Positions 8,237 through 18,559 are shown, counted from the stretch's first letter. The stretch: 64,000 nucleotides of DNA from an uncultured Bacteroidota bacterium (GCA_902796805.1 CADBQG010000018.1:164-64163), one strand, 5' to 3'. Translations and numbers: made by a program. Notes: generated by a model not told the origin, from the sequence alone.

Positions 8237-10114
8237 TTATAAATTATTTTGCTTGAGATAAATCATAAGGGCGGCTATATCTGAAGGGTTTACACCGCTG
8301 ACTCGCGAGGCTTGTCCCAAATTTTCGGGTTTCAGTGCGGAAAGTTTTTCACGGGCCTCGTTTGACAACGACTGCATGGTCCTGTAATCGAAACTGTGGG
8401 GAATTTTTACATTGTCGAGATTTGATAGATGCCGTGCCATCTCTTCTTCCTTTAAAATATAACTTTCATACTTAATGTACGTTTCAGCGTTTACTACTTC
8501 TTCATCAGAAGCGCCGATGTCTTTAATGAAAGAGGAGAACTCTGCGTCATATTTCATAATATCCTGCACAGATACCTGCGGCCTAAGCAGAACGTTATGC
8601 AGTTTTACATTTTGGGTCAAAGGTGATGTTGAAAGTTCAAGCAAAAGTTCATTTACGACAGTATGGTCGACTGTATGATTCTTGACAAAATCAACTATTC
8701 TTTCTTGTCTTTCATACTTGCTCACTAATGATTTGTATCTTTCTTCTGAAATAATACCGAGTTTATGTCCTATCGGAGTGAGTCTCAAGTCGGCATTGTC
8801 CTGTCTCAGGAGTATCCTGTACTCTGCACGCGAGGTAAACATTCGGTAAGGATCCTGCACGCCTTTTGTTACAAGGTCGTCAATCAGCACACCAATATAA
8901 GCTTGCGAACGAGAGAGGACGAGCGGTTCTTCTGAAATAAGTGAAAGATGTGCATTTATGCCTGCCATAAGTCCCTGGCAAGCCGCCTCCTCATATCCGG
9001 TTGTGCCGTTAACTTGTCCGGCAAGATACAGGTTTTTTACAACTTTCGACTCCAACGAGTAATGCAGTTGCATAGGATTGAAATAGTCGTACTCTATTGC
9101 ATATCCAGGTCGGTATATCTCAGCGCTTTCAAGTCCTGGAATCAGCCGGAGTGCTTCAACTTGTATGTCTTCCGGTAGTGAAGATGAAAACCCGTTCAAG
9201 TAATATTCATTGGTATCTCTTCCTTCAGGTTCGAGGAAGAGTTGGTGGCGGTTTCTTTCTGCAAACCTCACAATCTTGTCTTCTATCGACGGGCAGTAGC
9301 GCGGTCCCACTCCTTGTATCCTTCCCTGGAACATCGGCGATTTCTCAAAACCTTTCTGAAGCACCTTGTGCACATTTTCGTTTGTATAGGTTATCCAACA
9401 ACTGAGTTGTTCGGAAAGTTTGTTTTTATTATAAAAAGAGAACCCGGCGGGATTATCGTCGCCCTTCTGTTCCTCCATTTTTGAAAAATCAACAGTTCTG
9501 CCGTCTATTCTGACAGGCGTTCCTGTTTTGAGTTTTTTAACCTCAATTCCGCATGATTTCAGCTGTTCTGAAATGCCAAATGAAGCCCCCTCCCCTATCC
9601 TGCCTCCGGAAAAAGAAATCTCGCCTACGTGTATTTTCCCGTTAAGGAAAGTTCCGCTTGTGATGATTACTCTTTTCGAATGGAAAGTCTTTCCCAACTG
9701 TGTTCTGACTCCTGAAACAATATTGTTTTCGATAAGAAGTTGCTCGACTGTATCCTGCCGGATATTCAGGTTAGCTGTGTTTTCTATTATCTGTTTCCAA
9801 AAAAGAGAAAAGACCGTCTTATCGCACTGCGCCCTCGGACTCCACATTGCCGGACCCTTGGATCTGTTCAAAAGCCTGAACTGTATCATTGTGTTGTCGG
9901 TAACAATTCCTGTCATTCCGCCTAACGCGTCTATTTCACGCACAATCTGACCTTTCGCTATTCCACCTATTGCCGGGTTGCACGACATCTGTGCAACCAA
10001 CGACATGTTCATTGTTATTAGGAGAACCCTGTGCCCTAACTTTGCCGCAACAACAGCCGCTTCACACCCAGCATGACCGGCACCAACAACAATTATATCG
10101 TAAGCATCTCTCAT
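8237..10114 (-). CDS. mnmG: tRNA uridine-5-carboxymethylaminomethyl(34) synthesis enzyme MnmG (GidA)
   Basis: 625 aa. FAD site DIIVVGAGHAGCEAA. Full-length MnmG-like sequence. Confidence 0.97.
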   Translation of the reverse strand: MRDAYDIIVVGAGHAGCEAAVVAAKLGHRVLLITMNMSLVAQMSCNPAIGGIAKGQIVREIDALGGMTGIVTDNTMIQFRLLNRSKGPAMWSPRAQCDKTVFSLFWKQIIENTANLNIRQDTVEQLLIENNIVSGVRTQLGKTFHSKRVIITSGTFLNGKIHVGEISFSGGRIGEGASFGISEQLKSCGIEVKKLKTGTPVRIDGRTVDFSKMEEQKGDDNPAGFSFYNKNKLSEQLSCWITYTNENVHKVLQKGFEKSPMFQGRIQGVGPRYCPSIEDKIVRFAERNRHQLFLEPEGRDTNEYYLNGFSSSLPEDIQVEALRLIPGLESAEIYRPGYAIEYDYFNPMQLHYSLESKVVKNLYLAGQVNGTTGYEEAACQGLMAGINAHLSLISEEPLVLSRSQAYIGVLIDDLVTKGVQDPYRMFTSRAEYRILLRQDNADLRLTPIGHKLGIISEERYKSLVSKYERQERIVDFVKNHTVDHTVVNELLLELSTSPLTQNVKLHNVLLRPQVSVQDIMKYDAEFSSFIKDIGASDEEVVNAETYIKYESYILKEEEMARHLSNLDNVKIPHSFDYRTMQSLSNEAREKLSALKPENLGQASRVSGVNPSDIAALMIYLKQNNL

Positions 10115-10158
10115 CTTTTCACGTGAAAAGTGGATAAAATGTTTTGATTGTCAATATT

Positions 10159-10581
10159 TTAAAAATTATCTTGGACAAATTTTGAAATATAAAAATCTTC
10201 TTTTGCCCTCATTGTTATACTTTCTGCCTCTGTCTTATCGCCATAGCCACAGAGGTGAAGCGCTCCATGAATTATAACCCTTAAAAGTTCTTTTTCAAAA
10301 GATACTTCAAATAAGTTTGAATTTTCTTTTATCCTGTCAAGGCTGACAAGTATGCTGCCATTTATTACATTGCCAACATTTTCAGAAAAGGTGATTATGT
10401 CGGTGAAGGTATCATGGTTCAGGAAGTGAATGTTCTGACCAATCATATAATCATCATCGCAAAAGAGGTAAGAAATTTCACCAGGTATCTTGCCTTCGTT
10501 TCTTATGGAATTGTTTATCCAGATTTTGTGTTTTACATCAGGTTTGTAATCCGCACTTTTTTCAAATTCAAACTTTATCAT
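10159..10581 (-). CDS. ybeY: rRNA maturation RNase YbeY
   Basis: 140 aa. Zinc motif IHGALHLCGYGD (H-x3-H-x5-H type). Confidence 0.93.
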   Translation of the reverse strand: MIKFEFEKSADYKPDVKHKIWINNSIRNEGKIPGEISYLFCDDDYMIGQNIHFLNHDTFTDIITFSENVGNVINGSILVSLDRIKENSNLFEVSFEKELLRVIIHGALHLCGYGDKTEAESITMRAKEDFYISKFVQDNF

Positions 10582-10614
10582 CAGAAGGTTTGTATATGAA
10601 TATTGATTGATAAA

Positions 10615-11052
10615 TCAGCGTGTATTGCTTTCTGTTTTATATACAGACTTGTGTGTGAGAGTTTTTTTGCTTGAAATTGAACTGTTATTCGTTTTCACGT
10701 GGAAAGTTGATATAAGTTGTTTATTGTCAGATGATATTTCCATACTGTCCGATAATTTTTCCATAACGAACAACATTGTGTTTTCTGAATCTTTTTTGGA
10801 AACAAGTTGTGAGAAATCAAATGTCTCGAGTTTATATGAAATATTCAATTCTGAATCAAAGATAGAAAACTCAACATTTAAGTCAAATTTATTCTCCGAA
10901 AGCAAAAGATAGTCGCAAACCATCTGGTTGAACATCGAGATTGTGCCGAAATGGTTGTTCAATCCATACTCGTCGCAAACCTTTTCTATGGTTTGTAGAG
11001 TAGATTCATAGCAATTGTCGCTATTCAGATTATTAAGTACTATCTCAATCAT
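10615..11052 (-). CDS. hypothetical protein
   Basis: 145 aa, no signal peptide, no motif I recognise. Tightly packed (5-nt and 33-nt gaps) between the giant coiled-coil gene and ybeY. Confidence 0.7.
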   Translation of the reverse strand: MIEIVLNNLNSDNCYESTLQTIEKVCDEYGLNNHFGTISMFNQMVCDYLLLSENKFDLNVEFSIFDSELNISYKLETFDFSQLVSKKDSENTMLFVMEKLSDSMEISSDNKQLISTFHVKTNNSSISSKKTLTHKSVYKTESNTR

Positions 11053-11057
11053 AATTC

Positions 11058-14000
11058 CTAATCTATATGGTAAAAATAATCGTTTGCTTTTGCTTTGTAA
11101 TAATAGTTCAGGTTGGCCGGTACTGATTTAAGCATCTCGTTCTGCTTGTTGCGCTGAATGTCGAAATTCCAGTCCTTCGGCGGATTCATGTTGGGAATCT
11201 GGATAGATTCCCTCGACTTGCGCTCCTTGTCCTTTTCCTGCTGCATATCCGCCTTCTCACTTTGTAACAAACGCGTGGTTATATCTTTCTGACGGTTTAT
11301 GGTCTGCTGGGTTATTGTCTTGTTTACAAGATCTTTCTCCGTCTTCTGCATATCTTCTATGATCTTGTCCAACGACTTGTCGCCGACACCGTTTTTCGAT
11401 TTCAAGTCACTCTGGTAGTCCTGGAGCATCTTCCTGATAGCTTCCTGCTGCGCTGCCATCTTGGCGAACTGTTCGCTCATGCTATGTTGAGGCTTGCCAG
11501 TCTGTCCCTGCTTGCCTTGCTGCTCCATCGAGCGCTTGGCCGCCTCCATCTGACGGTTCAACTGCTGCTGCAACTCCCTGGCGGTTGCCTTCTTGGGCTT
11601 GCCTTGACCTGGCTTGCTGCACGAACCCCCACCCGACTTGTTGCACTTTGCCTGTGCCTGCTGCTGTTGCTGCTGCATCTCTTTCATCGACTCCATGAGC
11701 ATAAGGGCAAGGTTGTTCATGGAAGTAAGCGCGAACTGCTGATTCTTAGAAGAAGTGCTTATCCTTCTGTTCTGCATTTCAGACTGGGAAGCCTCTATGT
11801 TGTTCTGAATCTTGGAAACCTCGGTCTGTATGAAAGGTTTTACCGCCGCCTGACGGCGCGCAAGTGCGTTTAACGAGTCTTCTATATGACGCATGTTCTG
11901 CTTAACCTCAAACTGCTTCTTCATCAAATCCGACACAGTTGAGGAATTTGCGGATGTCTTCTGCGCCTTCTTCATAACTTCCTCCTGATCGAACGATATA
12001 TTAACCAAATTATCCAAAATCTGCCGCAATGTGGCAATGTCTTCAGTTATGCTCTCAAGTTCGCTTTCGTTGAAGTCCTGCTCCATCTGCTCAGCTAACT
12101 GCTCAAGGTCATCGGCAGCTTTCTTCTGGTTATCTGATGATTTTGAACGGTTGTTCTTGTCAAGGTTCTGCATTCCCTGCTGCATGTTTTGCTCTATATC
12201 CTTCTCTAACTCCTTCGTGTCTTTGAATTTTGTGGGATCTTCAAGTTCTTCGTTTATTTTGTTGAGATTCTGAATGTCTTTCTTTATTTGTTCAAACTTA
12301 TCCTTGAAATCGCTCTGTTTCTTCTGCAAAGATTCTTTTGAATTTTGCTTGTCCAAAGTCCTGTCGGCGTTTTCCTTCATCTCCTTGGAAAGACTCTTCA
12401 TATTGTCAACCAATTCGTTCAACTTTTTCTCAACTTCAAGTTGCTTGTAGAGCTGCAGTTGCTGGTCAAGAGACTCCTTTATGTCATCAGTCGACATCTT
12501 CATCTTCTCCATCTGTTCCTGTATCTGGCTCTTGTTCATGTTCTGCATCATGGCCTCCAACTCCTTCAACATCTCCTTCATCTCTTCAGTGAGAATCTCA
12601 TCCATTCTCTTCTCTAATTCCTGCTGTTTCTGGAGAATTTCTTCATCATAGTTCTTGTACTGGTTTTCTACCTGATGCTGGTTTTCCTGCTTGTTTTTCA
12701 GTTCATTTATCTTCTCCTGTAACTTTTGATAGTCCTTCATCAATTTCTCGAGACTCTTCTTGTCCTGCCACGACAACTCTTTCTGCTGCATCATCTTCTG
12801 CTGCATCTTTGCAATCTCTTTGGATAAATCGCTGCTCTCTTTCATCAAGTCATTGTAGTCAGTCTTAGACTGCTGTTCCGACTTTTCTATCTCATCCTCT
12901 ATCTCTTCCATTGTCTTCACACGGTATGTCTGCACTGAAGATTTTGCCGACTTTGCACCGTTTACTCCATCGTTATCATAAACCTGGAAATAGTAGTCTA
13001 TCTTCTCTCCAGGGTTCAATCCAAGCATGTTTTGGTCGAAATAATAGTAGAAATCCTGAATTGTTACGTTGTTTTGTATGTTTATCGGTATAACTAGACT
13101 TGGCGACGTTTTTCCATCTTTGTCTGTTTTGCTATACACAAAATTCAACTTACTGAAACCGTAGTCGTCTTTTATGTTGCCTTTGAAATATATCCGGTCG
13201 CTGAACGAAGAATCCTCTTGCGACTGAACATATATTTCGGGATGCATGTCGCTTATAACAGTTATTTCGTCGGTCAGTGTGTCTTTTCCGGTCATGAACC
13301 TGTTTTTGTTTATAACCGAATACCTGAACGAGTTTTTTGCTGTGTGACTGACGATATATTTGTCGTTGTCGGAAGAAATATTTTTTACGTTTTCGTCAAC
13401 AACAAGTATCAGGTTGTCTGAATTTCTGGTTATGAAATTCCATGTTATCCTTGTGCCCTCAGGAACAGTGAGATTCGTTATGTTTTCCAAAACCTCGTCA
13501 TGCTTTCCGAGATATGAAGGGTAATGCAGGGAAATGTCAAACCCTAACATCACCGGTTTTGGAAGCACGCCTATATTGTAAACCTTTGATTGAACCTCTT
13601 CTGTAAATATTTGAAAATCAATAGGTTGTTGTAGATTTGAAAAAGTATACGAAAATTCTGAATTTGATTTTTTTGAACACTTGTAGTCGTGGTTTCTGTA
13701 TTTTATATAGACCTCGTCAGGAATCTCGCTTCCTTCAACCTTGAAGTTAAGTGTGAAGTCCTCATACTGGAATGATTTGAGGGAGTCGTTTGTTATAAGA
13801 AATGAATAAGGAGCGGGTTTTTCATACGTCTCCGTGTAATTCACTATTCTCTTTGCCGGCTCGGTGAAAAGTTCTTTCTTTATGGTTAGAATTATGAAGA
13901 ACAATGCTATTGGCAGAAGAGACCACAGGGCAATTTTCTTCGTTTTCTGCACTGGGATTGCCTGCACGAAAGAATAGGCTTTGAGGTTGTCAACTTTGGA

Positions 14001-14408
14001 ATCAATTGCGGCGGAAAGAAGCTCATAACTTGCATAGTCGCCGTTTTCAAGCTGTTTCTGGAGTTCGAGGAGATTGAGGAGTTTGTCGTCTATCTGGTTG
14101 AAATGCTTTCCAACTATCCTTGCAACATCCTCATTTGTAAGTTGTTTTCCGAGTCCTGCTATTTTCAGTGCCGGTATTATGATGTTGAAAACTGAAGTTA
14201 CTGCGGCGAGAGCTATGAACGCATAAAACAGCACTGTTCTGACTGTTGTGTTCGAATACGAGAAGTATTCAAAGAGAGAGAAAGCCACGAATGTAGCCAA
14301 AAGCACAAGCACGAAAAGGACAATCCCTTTGTAGAGCTTGTCAAGGTAGTACTTTTTCAGGAAATTCCTGATTTTCTCATTCAAAATCTGAATCTTTGAA
14401 GATTTCAT
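11058..14408 (-). CDS. large membrane-anchored coiled-coil protein (possibly DUF4175 type)
   Basis: 1116 aa. N-terminal TM helices (GIVLFVLVLLATFVAFSLF, VLFYAFIALAAVTSVFNIII, LWSLLPIALFFIILTI), a beta-rich segment, then about 500 aa of K/E/Q-rich coiled coil with a QQQQQAQAKCNKSGGGSC low-complexity patch. The DUF name is from memory. Confidence 0.8.
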   Translation of the reverse strand: MKSSKIQILNEKIRNFLKKYYLDKLYKGIVLFVLVLLATFVAFSLFEYFSYSNTTVRTVLFYAFIALAAVTSVFNIIIPALKIAGLGKQLTNEDVARIVGKHFNQIDDKLLNLLELQKQLENGDYASYELLSAAIDSKVDNLKAYSFVQAIPVQKTKKIALWSLLPIALFFIILTIKKELFTEPAKRIVNYTETYEKPAPYSFLITNDSLKSFQYEDFTLNFKVEGSEIPDEVYIKYRNHDYKCSKKSNSEFSYTFSNLQQPIDFQIFTEEVQSKVYNIGVLPKPVMLGFDISLHYPSYLGKHDEVLENITNLTVPEGTRITWNFITRNSDNLILVVDENVKNISSDNDKYIVSHTAKNSFRYSVINKNRFMTGKDTLTDEITVISDMHPEIYVQSQEDSSFSDRIYFKGNIKDDYGFSKLNFVYSKTDKDGKTSPSLVIPINIQNNVTIQDFYYYFDQNMLGLNPGEKIDYYFQVYDNDGVNGAKSAKSSVQTYRVKTMEEIEDEIEKSEQQSKTDYNDLMKESSDLSKEIAKMQQKMMQQKELSWQDKKSLEKLMKDYQKLQEKINELKNKQENQHQVENQYKNYDEEILQKQQELEKRMDEILTEEMKEMLKELEAMMQNMNKSQIQEQMEKMKMSTDDIKESLDQQLQLYKQLEVEKKLNELVDNMKSLSKEMKENADRTLDKQNSKESLQKKQSDFKDKFEQIKKDIQNLNKINEELEDPTKFKDTKELEKDIEQNMQQGMQNLDKNNRSKSSDNQKKAADDLEQLAEQMEQDFNESELESITEDIATLRQILDNLVNISFDQEEVMKKAQKTSANSSTVSDLMKKQFEVKQNMRHIEDSLNALARRQAAVKPFIQTEVSKIQNNIEASQSEMQNRRISTSSKNQQFALTSMNNLALMLMESMKEMQQQQQQAQAKCNKSGGGSCSKPGQGKPKKATARELQQQLNRQMEAAKRSMEQQGKQGQTGKPQHSMSEQFAKMAAQQEAIRKMLQDYQSDLKSKNGVGDKSLDKIIEDMQKTEKDLVNKTITQQTINRQKDITTRLLQSEKADMQQEKDKERKSRESIQIPNMNPPKDWNFDIQRNKQNEMLKSVPANLNYYYKAKANDYFYHID

Positions 14409-15504
14409 TTGGGTTATCCTCTTGTGGTGGTGTGTAAGTTATGTTGAAAAAATCAGCGGAATTTTCGCGGTAGTATTTTGCAAGAGTCTTGTTCCTTCCA
14501 AAAAAGCGCCTTATGAAGAATAATTTCAGTATCCTGTTGTTGAACTTGTTGGTACTCGAACGTTTCTTGAAAAGAGAATAGAGATGTTTTGGTCTTGACA
14601 CGTTAGTTGACATGTTGGAGGCCTGCATTTCATAAAGCATGAGGCGTGTAAGCGGCACCTTAACCGGACACACGTCGTCGCAGGCGCCGCAAAAGGTTGT
14701 GTTCTTGAATATGTGCTGCGCCCGGTTGTAGCTGTCGAGTGTGTTCAACTTCACTATGTCGATGGGAGAGACAGGGTCTTTTTCGTTCGCCTTTGCCACA
14801 GGGCAGATGTCGAGGCACCTTCCGCACTTTATGCAATAAAGCGACGGTATAAGATCCTCAACTGAGAGAATGTTCTCAATGTCGTTGAGATTTATAACCA
14901 CAGTAAGCCCTATATCATGCTGTTCAGGAACGCCTTCGGTTGAATAAACCGAAGTGGTGGGCGGCGTGTACTGAGGACGCGACTGTATTATGCGCACATT
15001 GTCTGGAAGTTTGTTCTCTTTAGAGCTGTTGCGGAAAGAAAGGAAAAGCGAAAGGTCGGCCACTGATGTTATAACCTGGTCTATTTTCACCACTGCCATT
15101 ATGTTCTTCACCTTGTTGAAGCATTTCTGCGACTTCCTGTCAATGAAGACGAGGGAACCCGAATCGCATACGGCAAAGTCGGCGTCAATAACAAGCAGAT
15201 CAACGTCATCCACTGAATTCTCAAGGTCTGAAGGAGCGATGAAGTCGCATCCTGACAACTTTCCATTTACTTGTATTGAGGAGTCGGAGCAAATGCGGCT
15301 GAACGACTTCTGTTCTACAATATCCTGAACATAGCCGAGCAGCGAGCTGTTGTCCTTCGACCACAACACGTTAGCACCACGGCTCGCAAGCACTCTCTCA
15401 AGGTTGAGCAGATGCTTGTCCATGTTGTCGAAATAATTGTGCCTCAGTGCATGAAGCCTGTCCCTTATTTCCTCAATTTTATCGTTAGGAAAGGTGGTGT
15501 TCAT
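14377..15504 (-). CDS. LUD-domain / 4Fe-4S ferredoxin-type protein (LutB-like)
   Basis: 375 aa. LUD-like N-terminal part (LLVIDADFAVCDSGSLVF) followed by two CxxCxxCxxxCP-type clusters (CIKCGRCLDICPV, FCGACDDVCPV). The 3' end overlaps the next gene by 32 nt. Confidence 0.8.
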   Translation of the reverse strand: MNTTFPNDKIEEIRDRLHALRHNYFDNMDKHLLNLERVLASRGANVLWSKDNSSLLGYVQDIVEQKSFSRICSDSSIQVNGKLSGCDFIAPSDLENSVDDVDLLVIDADFAVCDSGSLVFIDRKSQKCFNKVKNIMAVVKIDQVITSVADLSLFLSFRNSSKENKLPDNVRIIQSRPQYTPPTTSVYSTEGVPEQHDIGLTVVINLNDIENILSVEDLIPSLYCIKCGRCLDICPVAKANEKDPVSPIDIVKLNTLDSYNRAQHIFKNTTFCGACDDVCPVKVPLTRLMLYEMQASNMSTNVSRPKHLYSLFKKRSSTNKFNNRILKLFFIRRFFGRNKTLAKYYRENSADFFNITYTPPQEDNPNEIFKDSDFE

Positions 15505-15519
15505 TTTCTGCCGTGGTAT

Positions 15520-15945
15520 CTATATGTCTATTTTCTCTATTCTTTTTTGATGCCTTCCTCCATCGAACCCTGCCTCGAAGAAAGATTCAACAGTCTTGAA
15601 CGCTGTTTCCTCGGAGATGAAGCGAGCGGGAAGCACAAGAATGTTGGCGTTGTTGTGCTGCCTTGCCAAAGCGGAAATTTCCGGCGACCAGCACAGCGCC
15701 GCCCTAACTCCTCGGTGCTTGTTAGCGGTAATGGCCATGCCGTTGCCTGTTCCGCATATCAGGATTCCGAAACTCCCATCCTCACCTGAAACCCTTTCCG
15801 CCACTTTGTGAGCGAAGTCGGGATAGTCCACACTCTCTGAAGAAAAAGCGCCGAAGTCCTCGAAATCATTTCCCTCCGAAAAACGACTTTTAATAGCACT
15901 TTTCAACTCGAAACCCGCATGGTCGGAACCTATGTATATCTTCAT
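15520..15945 (-). CDS. rpiB: ribose 5-phosphate isomerase B
   Basis: MKIYIGSDHAGFELK..ILICGTGNGM..RQHNNANILVLPARF. Start set at MKIY because the longer ORF start overlaps the -7 box. Confidence 0.93.
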   Translation of the reverse strand: MKIYIGSDHAGFELKSAIKSRFSEGNDFEDFGAFSSESVDYPDFAHKVAERVSGEDGSFGILICGTGNGMAITANKHRGVRAALCWSPEISALARQHNNANILVLPARFISEETAFKTVESFFEAGFDGGRHQKRIEKIDI

Positions 15946-15969
15946 CTTTTCAGTTTTTATACAAGTCTG

Positions 15970-15977
15970 CAAAGATA
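15970..15977 (-). promoter_or_regulatory. -7 promoter box TATCTTTG (rpiB operon)
   Basis: Exact TAnnTTTG match 25 nt upstream of the rpiB ATG. Confidence 0.6.
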
Positions 15978-16430
15978 CAAAAAAAGAGAAAGTTCAATTT
16001 TTATGTTTTCCAAAAAATTAAACCCATGCTAAATTCTTAAATTCATAAATTAAAATTTTAAACAGGATATTATTAGTCGTGTTGATTGGTTGAAAACAAA
16101 TTCCATGAAGATTTGTTTTACTGAGTTATTAAAAGTAATCAACAAGCGAGAGCAGCAATTGTTAATAGTAACTTTCAGATTTTTAGAATGAATGAATTTT
16201 CCAAATTTTCTTTTATTTTTTTTTGAGTTGATAAAAAATGAGTTTTGATAATATTCGTGTTGTTTATAAAACAGGTTGAAAAAGATCCAAAAATGTGGAG
16301 TTTATTTTTTATGAACATGTATTCACTTTTTTTTGAAACCGTAACTTGCGTTATTTTAATAAAACCGTTATTTTTCAACAATCTAATGTTAATAAAATAA
16401 ATAATTGATTTTCAGATATTTATAAGTAGT

Positions 16431-17315
16431 TTATTTGTTTCTCGGGTGGTAGAGAGCTATATTTGTGCGCAGGTAGTCCTGATCGAGATGGGTGTAGATT
16501 TCGGTTGTGGTTATGTTCTCGTGCCCGAGCATCTGCTGCACTGCCCTCAGGTCGGCGCCGCCCTCTATGAGGTGCGTGGCGAAGGAGTGCCTGAAGGTGT
16601 GCGGGCTCACTTTCTTCTTTATTCCTGCGTCTTCAACCCACTTTTTAACATACATGAAAACCATCTCCCGCGAAAGGTGCGACCCTCTCCTATTCAAGAA
16701 GACAAAATCCTCCTCCCCTTTTTTAACTTTTATGTTGTTTCTCTCACCTTCTATGTAAAGTTCAACCATCTTCTTCGCGGTGGAGCCTATTGGAACAATC
16801 CTCTCCTTGTCGCCCTTACCTACCACTTTTATAAAGTCGTCGTCGAAAAAGAGGTTTGAGATTTTGAGGTTTACAAGTTCGCTGACACGGAGTCCGCAGC
16901 CATACAAAACCTCCGCCATGGCCCTGTTCCGATGTCCCTCCTTGGTGCTCAAGTCTATCGAGGCGAATATCTTTTCTATTTCATCGACGGTAAGGAAGTC
17001 AGGAAGGCGCATTTCGAATTTAGGGGATTCAAGAAGTTCTGTTGGGTCGTTTTCTATAACATCCGAGTATATAAGGAACTTGTAGAAAGCCTTTATTCCC
17101 GACAAGAACCTGGCCTGCGAACGTGCCTTTATGTCAGACTCGTACAGGCTTTTTATGAAAAGTTTGATTTCTTCGGCAGAAATATCCTCTAATTTTTTTT
17201 CAGGAAAGAAGTCTTCGAGTAGTTTTATGTCGTGGATGTAAGATTCGATGGATTTTTTAGAGAGAGCCTTTTCATAAACGAGGTATTGCCTGAAATGTTC
17301 AACCAAATGGTTCAT
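16431..17315 (-). CDS. xerD: site-specific tyrosine recombinase XerD/XerC type
   Basis: 294 aa. Catalytic signature GCGLRVSEL, HTFRHSFATHL, LGHENITTTEIYTH. I cannot separate XerC from XerD by eye. Confidence 0.88.
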   Translation of the reverse strand: MNHLVEHFRQYLVYEKALSKKSIESYIHDIKLLEDFFPEKKLEDISAEEIKLFIKSLYESDIKARSQARFLSGIKAFYKFLIYSDVIENDPTELLESPKFEMRLPDFLTVDEIEKIFASIDLSTKEGHRNRAMAEVLYGCGLRVSELVNLKISNLFFDDDFIKVVGKGDKERIVPIGSTAKKMVELYIEGERNNIKVKKGEEDFVFLNRRGSHLSREMVFMYVKKWVEDAGIKKKVSPHTFRHSFATHLIEGGADLRAVQQMLGHENITTTEIYTHLDQDYLRTNIALYHPRNK

Positions 17316-18559
17316 TTTTTGAAGTCTTTCAGTATTTCGGTGCGCAGCATGTCGAGGGCGGCGTTTGCGGCGCGCTCAACAATCTGCTTTCTCCCGGTGT
17401 TCTTTCCGAAGTTGAAGAGTCTGGTAGTGAGACGAGTGGGCGTGGCCACCGCAATCCACACTGTGCCGACGGGCTTTTCATCAGTTCCTCCGCCCGGGCC
17501 GGCGATTCCGGATGTGGAGACGCTGTAGTCGGTGTCGAAGAGTTCCATTATGTTTAGGGCCATGTCGCTGACCACCATCTCACTAACCGCGCCGTGCTTC
17601 TTGAGGTTGTCCTCCCTGACACTCAAAATGTTGCGCTTTATAGAGTTGTTATAGGCCACTACCCCACCCTTGTAATATTCCGAACTTCCCGGAACTGAAG
17701 TAACAAGTTCTGAAATCCTGCCGCCAGTGCAGCTTTCTGCCACTGCAACTGTTTTTTTAGCTTTTTTTAGAAGTTCACCCACAACTTCCTCCATTTTTCT
17801 GTCCTCGTATGAAAAAGCCAGATTTCCAACCTCTTCCTTAAGTTTTTCAAAGTGGCGGTCCAATAAAGGTTCGTCTTCGCTGTTTCCGTGCAGTGTGAGC
17901 CTTAGCCTGAGTATCCCCGGAGTTGGAAGATAAGCAAGCTTTATGTCGGGAGGAAGTTTTTGCTCAAAATTGCCGAGTTTGTCGGAGAGGTTGCTTTCAC
18001 TGATGCCGTTGCACATCAAAACCCTGTAAATCAAGCGTTTTCCGTTATTAACAAATGTTTCCATTCTTGGAATCACCTCATCGCATAGAAGTTTTTCAGT
18101 TTCGAAAGGCACGCCGGGAAGCGCCACCAAAACATTTTCTCCTTCCTGAATCCAAAGTCCCGGGGCGGTTCCGAGAGTGTTTTTAAGCACAGAGCAGCCT
18201 TCCGGCACGTCGGCCTGCCTTCTGTTGATTTCGGTGAGTTCCATGCCGCGCGACGCGAGGAGTTCGCTCACCCACTCCAATGTTTCCGCATCGCGTACAA
18301 GTCTTTTGTTGAAATGCTCGCAGATGACTTCCTTTGTGATATCGTCCTTCGTGGGACCAAGTCCGCCGGTGGTTATCACAAAGTTGTCCTTCTCGAAACA
18401 GTAACTCAGCGCGTCAGCTATCTCTTTCCTATCGTCGCCAATTGTAATGATTTCTGAAACTTTTATTCCCTTCAATGCAAGTTTTTGTCCTATGAAAGCG
18501 GAATTTGTGTTGACAACCTGCCCGAGAAGGAGTTCGTCCCCTATGTTTATTATTGTCAT
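17312..18559 (-). CDS. cinA: competence/damage-inducible protein CinA (nicotinamide-nucleotide amidohydrolase PncC domain)
   Basis: 415 aa. N-terminal MoCF-like domain (IINIGDELLLGQVVNTNS) plus C-terminal CinA domain (VAVAESCTGGRI). Confidence 0.93.
   Translation of the reverse strand: MTIINIGDELLLGQVVNTNSAFIGQKLALKGIKVSEIITIGDDRKEIADALSYCFEKDNFVITTGGLGPTKDDITKEVICEHFNKRLVRDAETLEWVSELLASRGMELTEINRRQADVPEGCSVLKNTLGTAPGLWIQEGENVLVALPGVPFETEKLLCDEVIPRMETFVNNGKRLIYRVLMCNGISESNLSDKLGNFEQKLPPDIKLAYLPTPGILRLRLTLHGNSEDEPLLDRHFEKLKEEVGNLAFSYEDRKMEEVVGELLKKAKKTVAVAESCTGGRISELVTSVPGSSEYYKGGVVAYNNSIKRNILSVREDNLKKHGAVSEMVVSDMALNIMELFDTDYSVSTSGIAGPGGGTDEKPVGTVWIAVATPTRLTTRLFNFGKNTGRKQIVERAANAALDMLRTEILKDFKK

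Noticed and set aside
8237-14408. Lower GC content of mnmG-ybeY-giant gene (and of 18556-19100) as evidence for horizontal transfer or a chimeric assembly
   Set aside because: Spot counts show the drop is patchy: rpiB, parts of cinA and the LutB-like gene are near the window average. The lowest-GC stretches encode K/E/N-rich low-complexity protein. The genes are core housekeeping genes in a plausible operon.
16175-16381. 68-aa ORF in the AT-rich spacer
   Set aside because: Its Lys/Asn/Ile/Phe-rich translation is dictated by the AT content. It has no start context and no promoter box in a suitable position.
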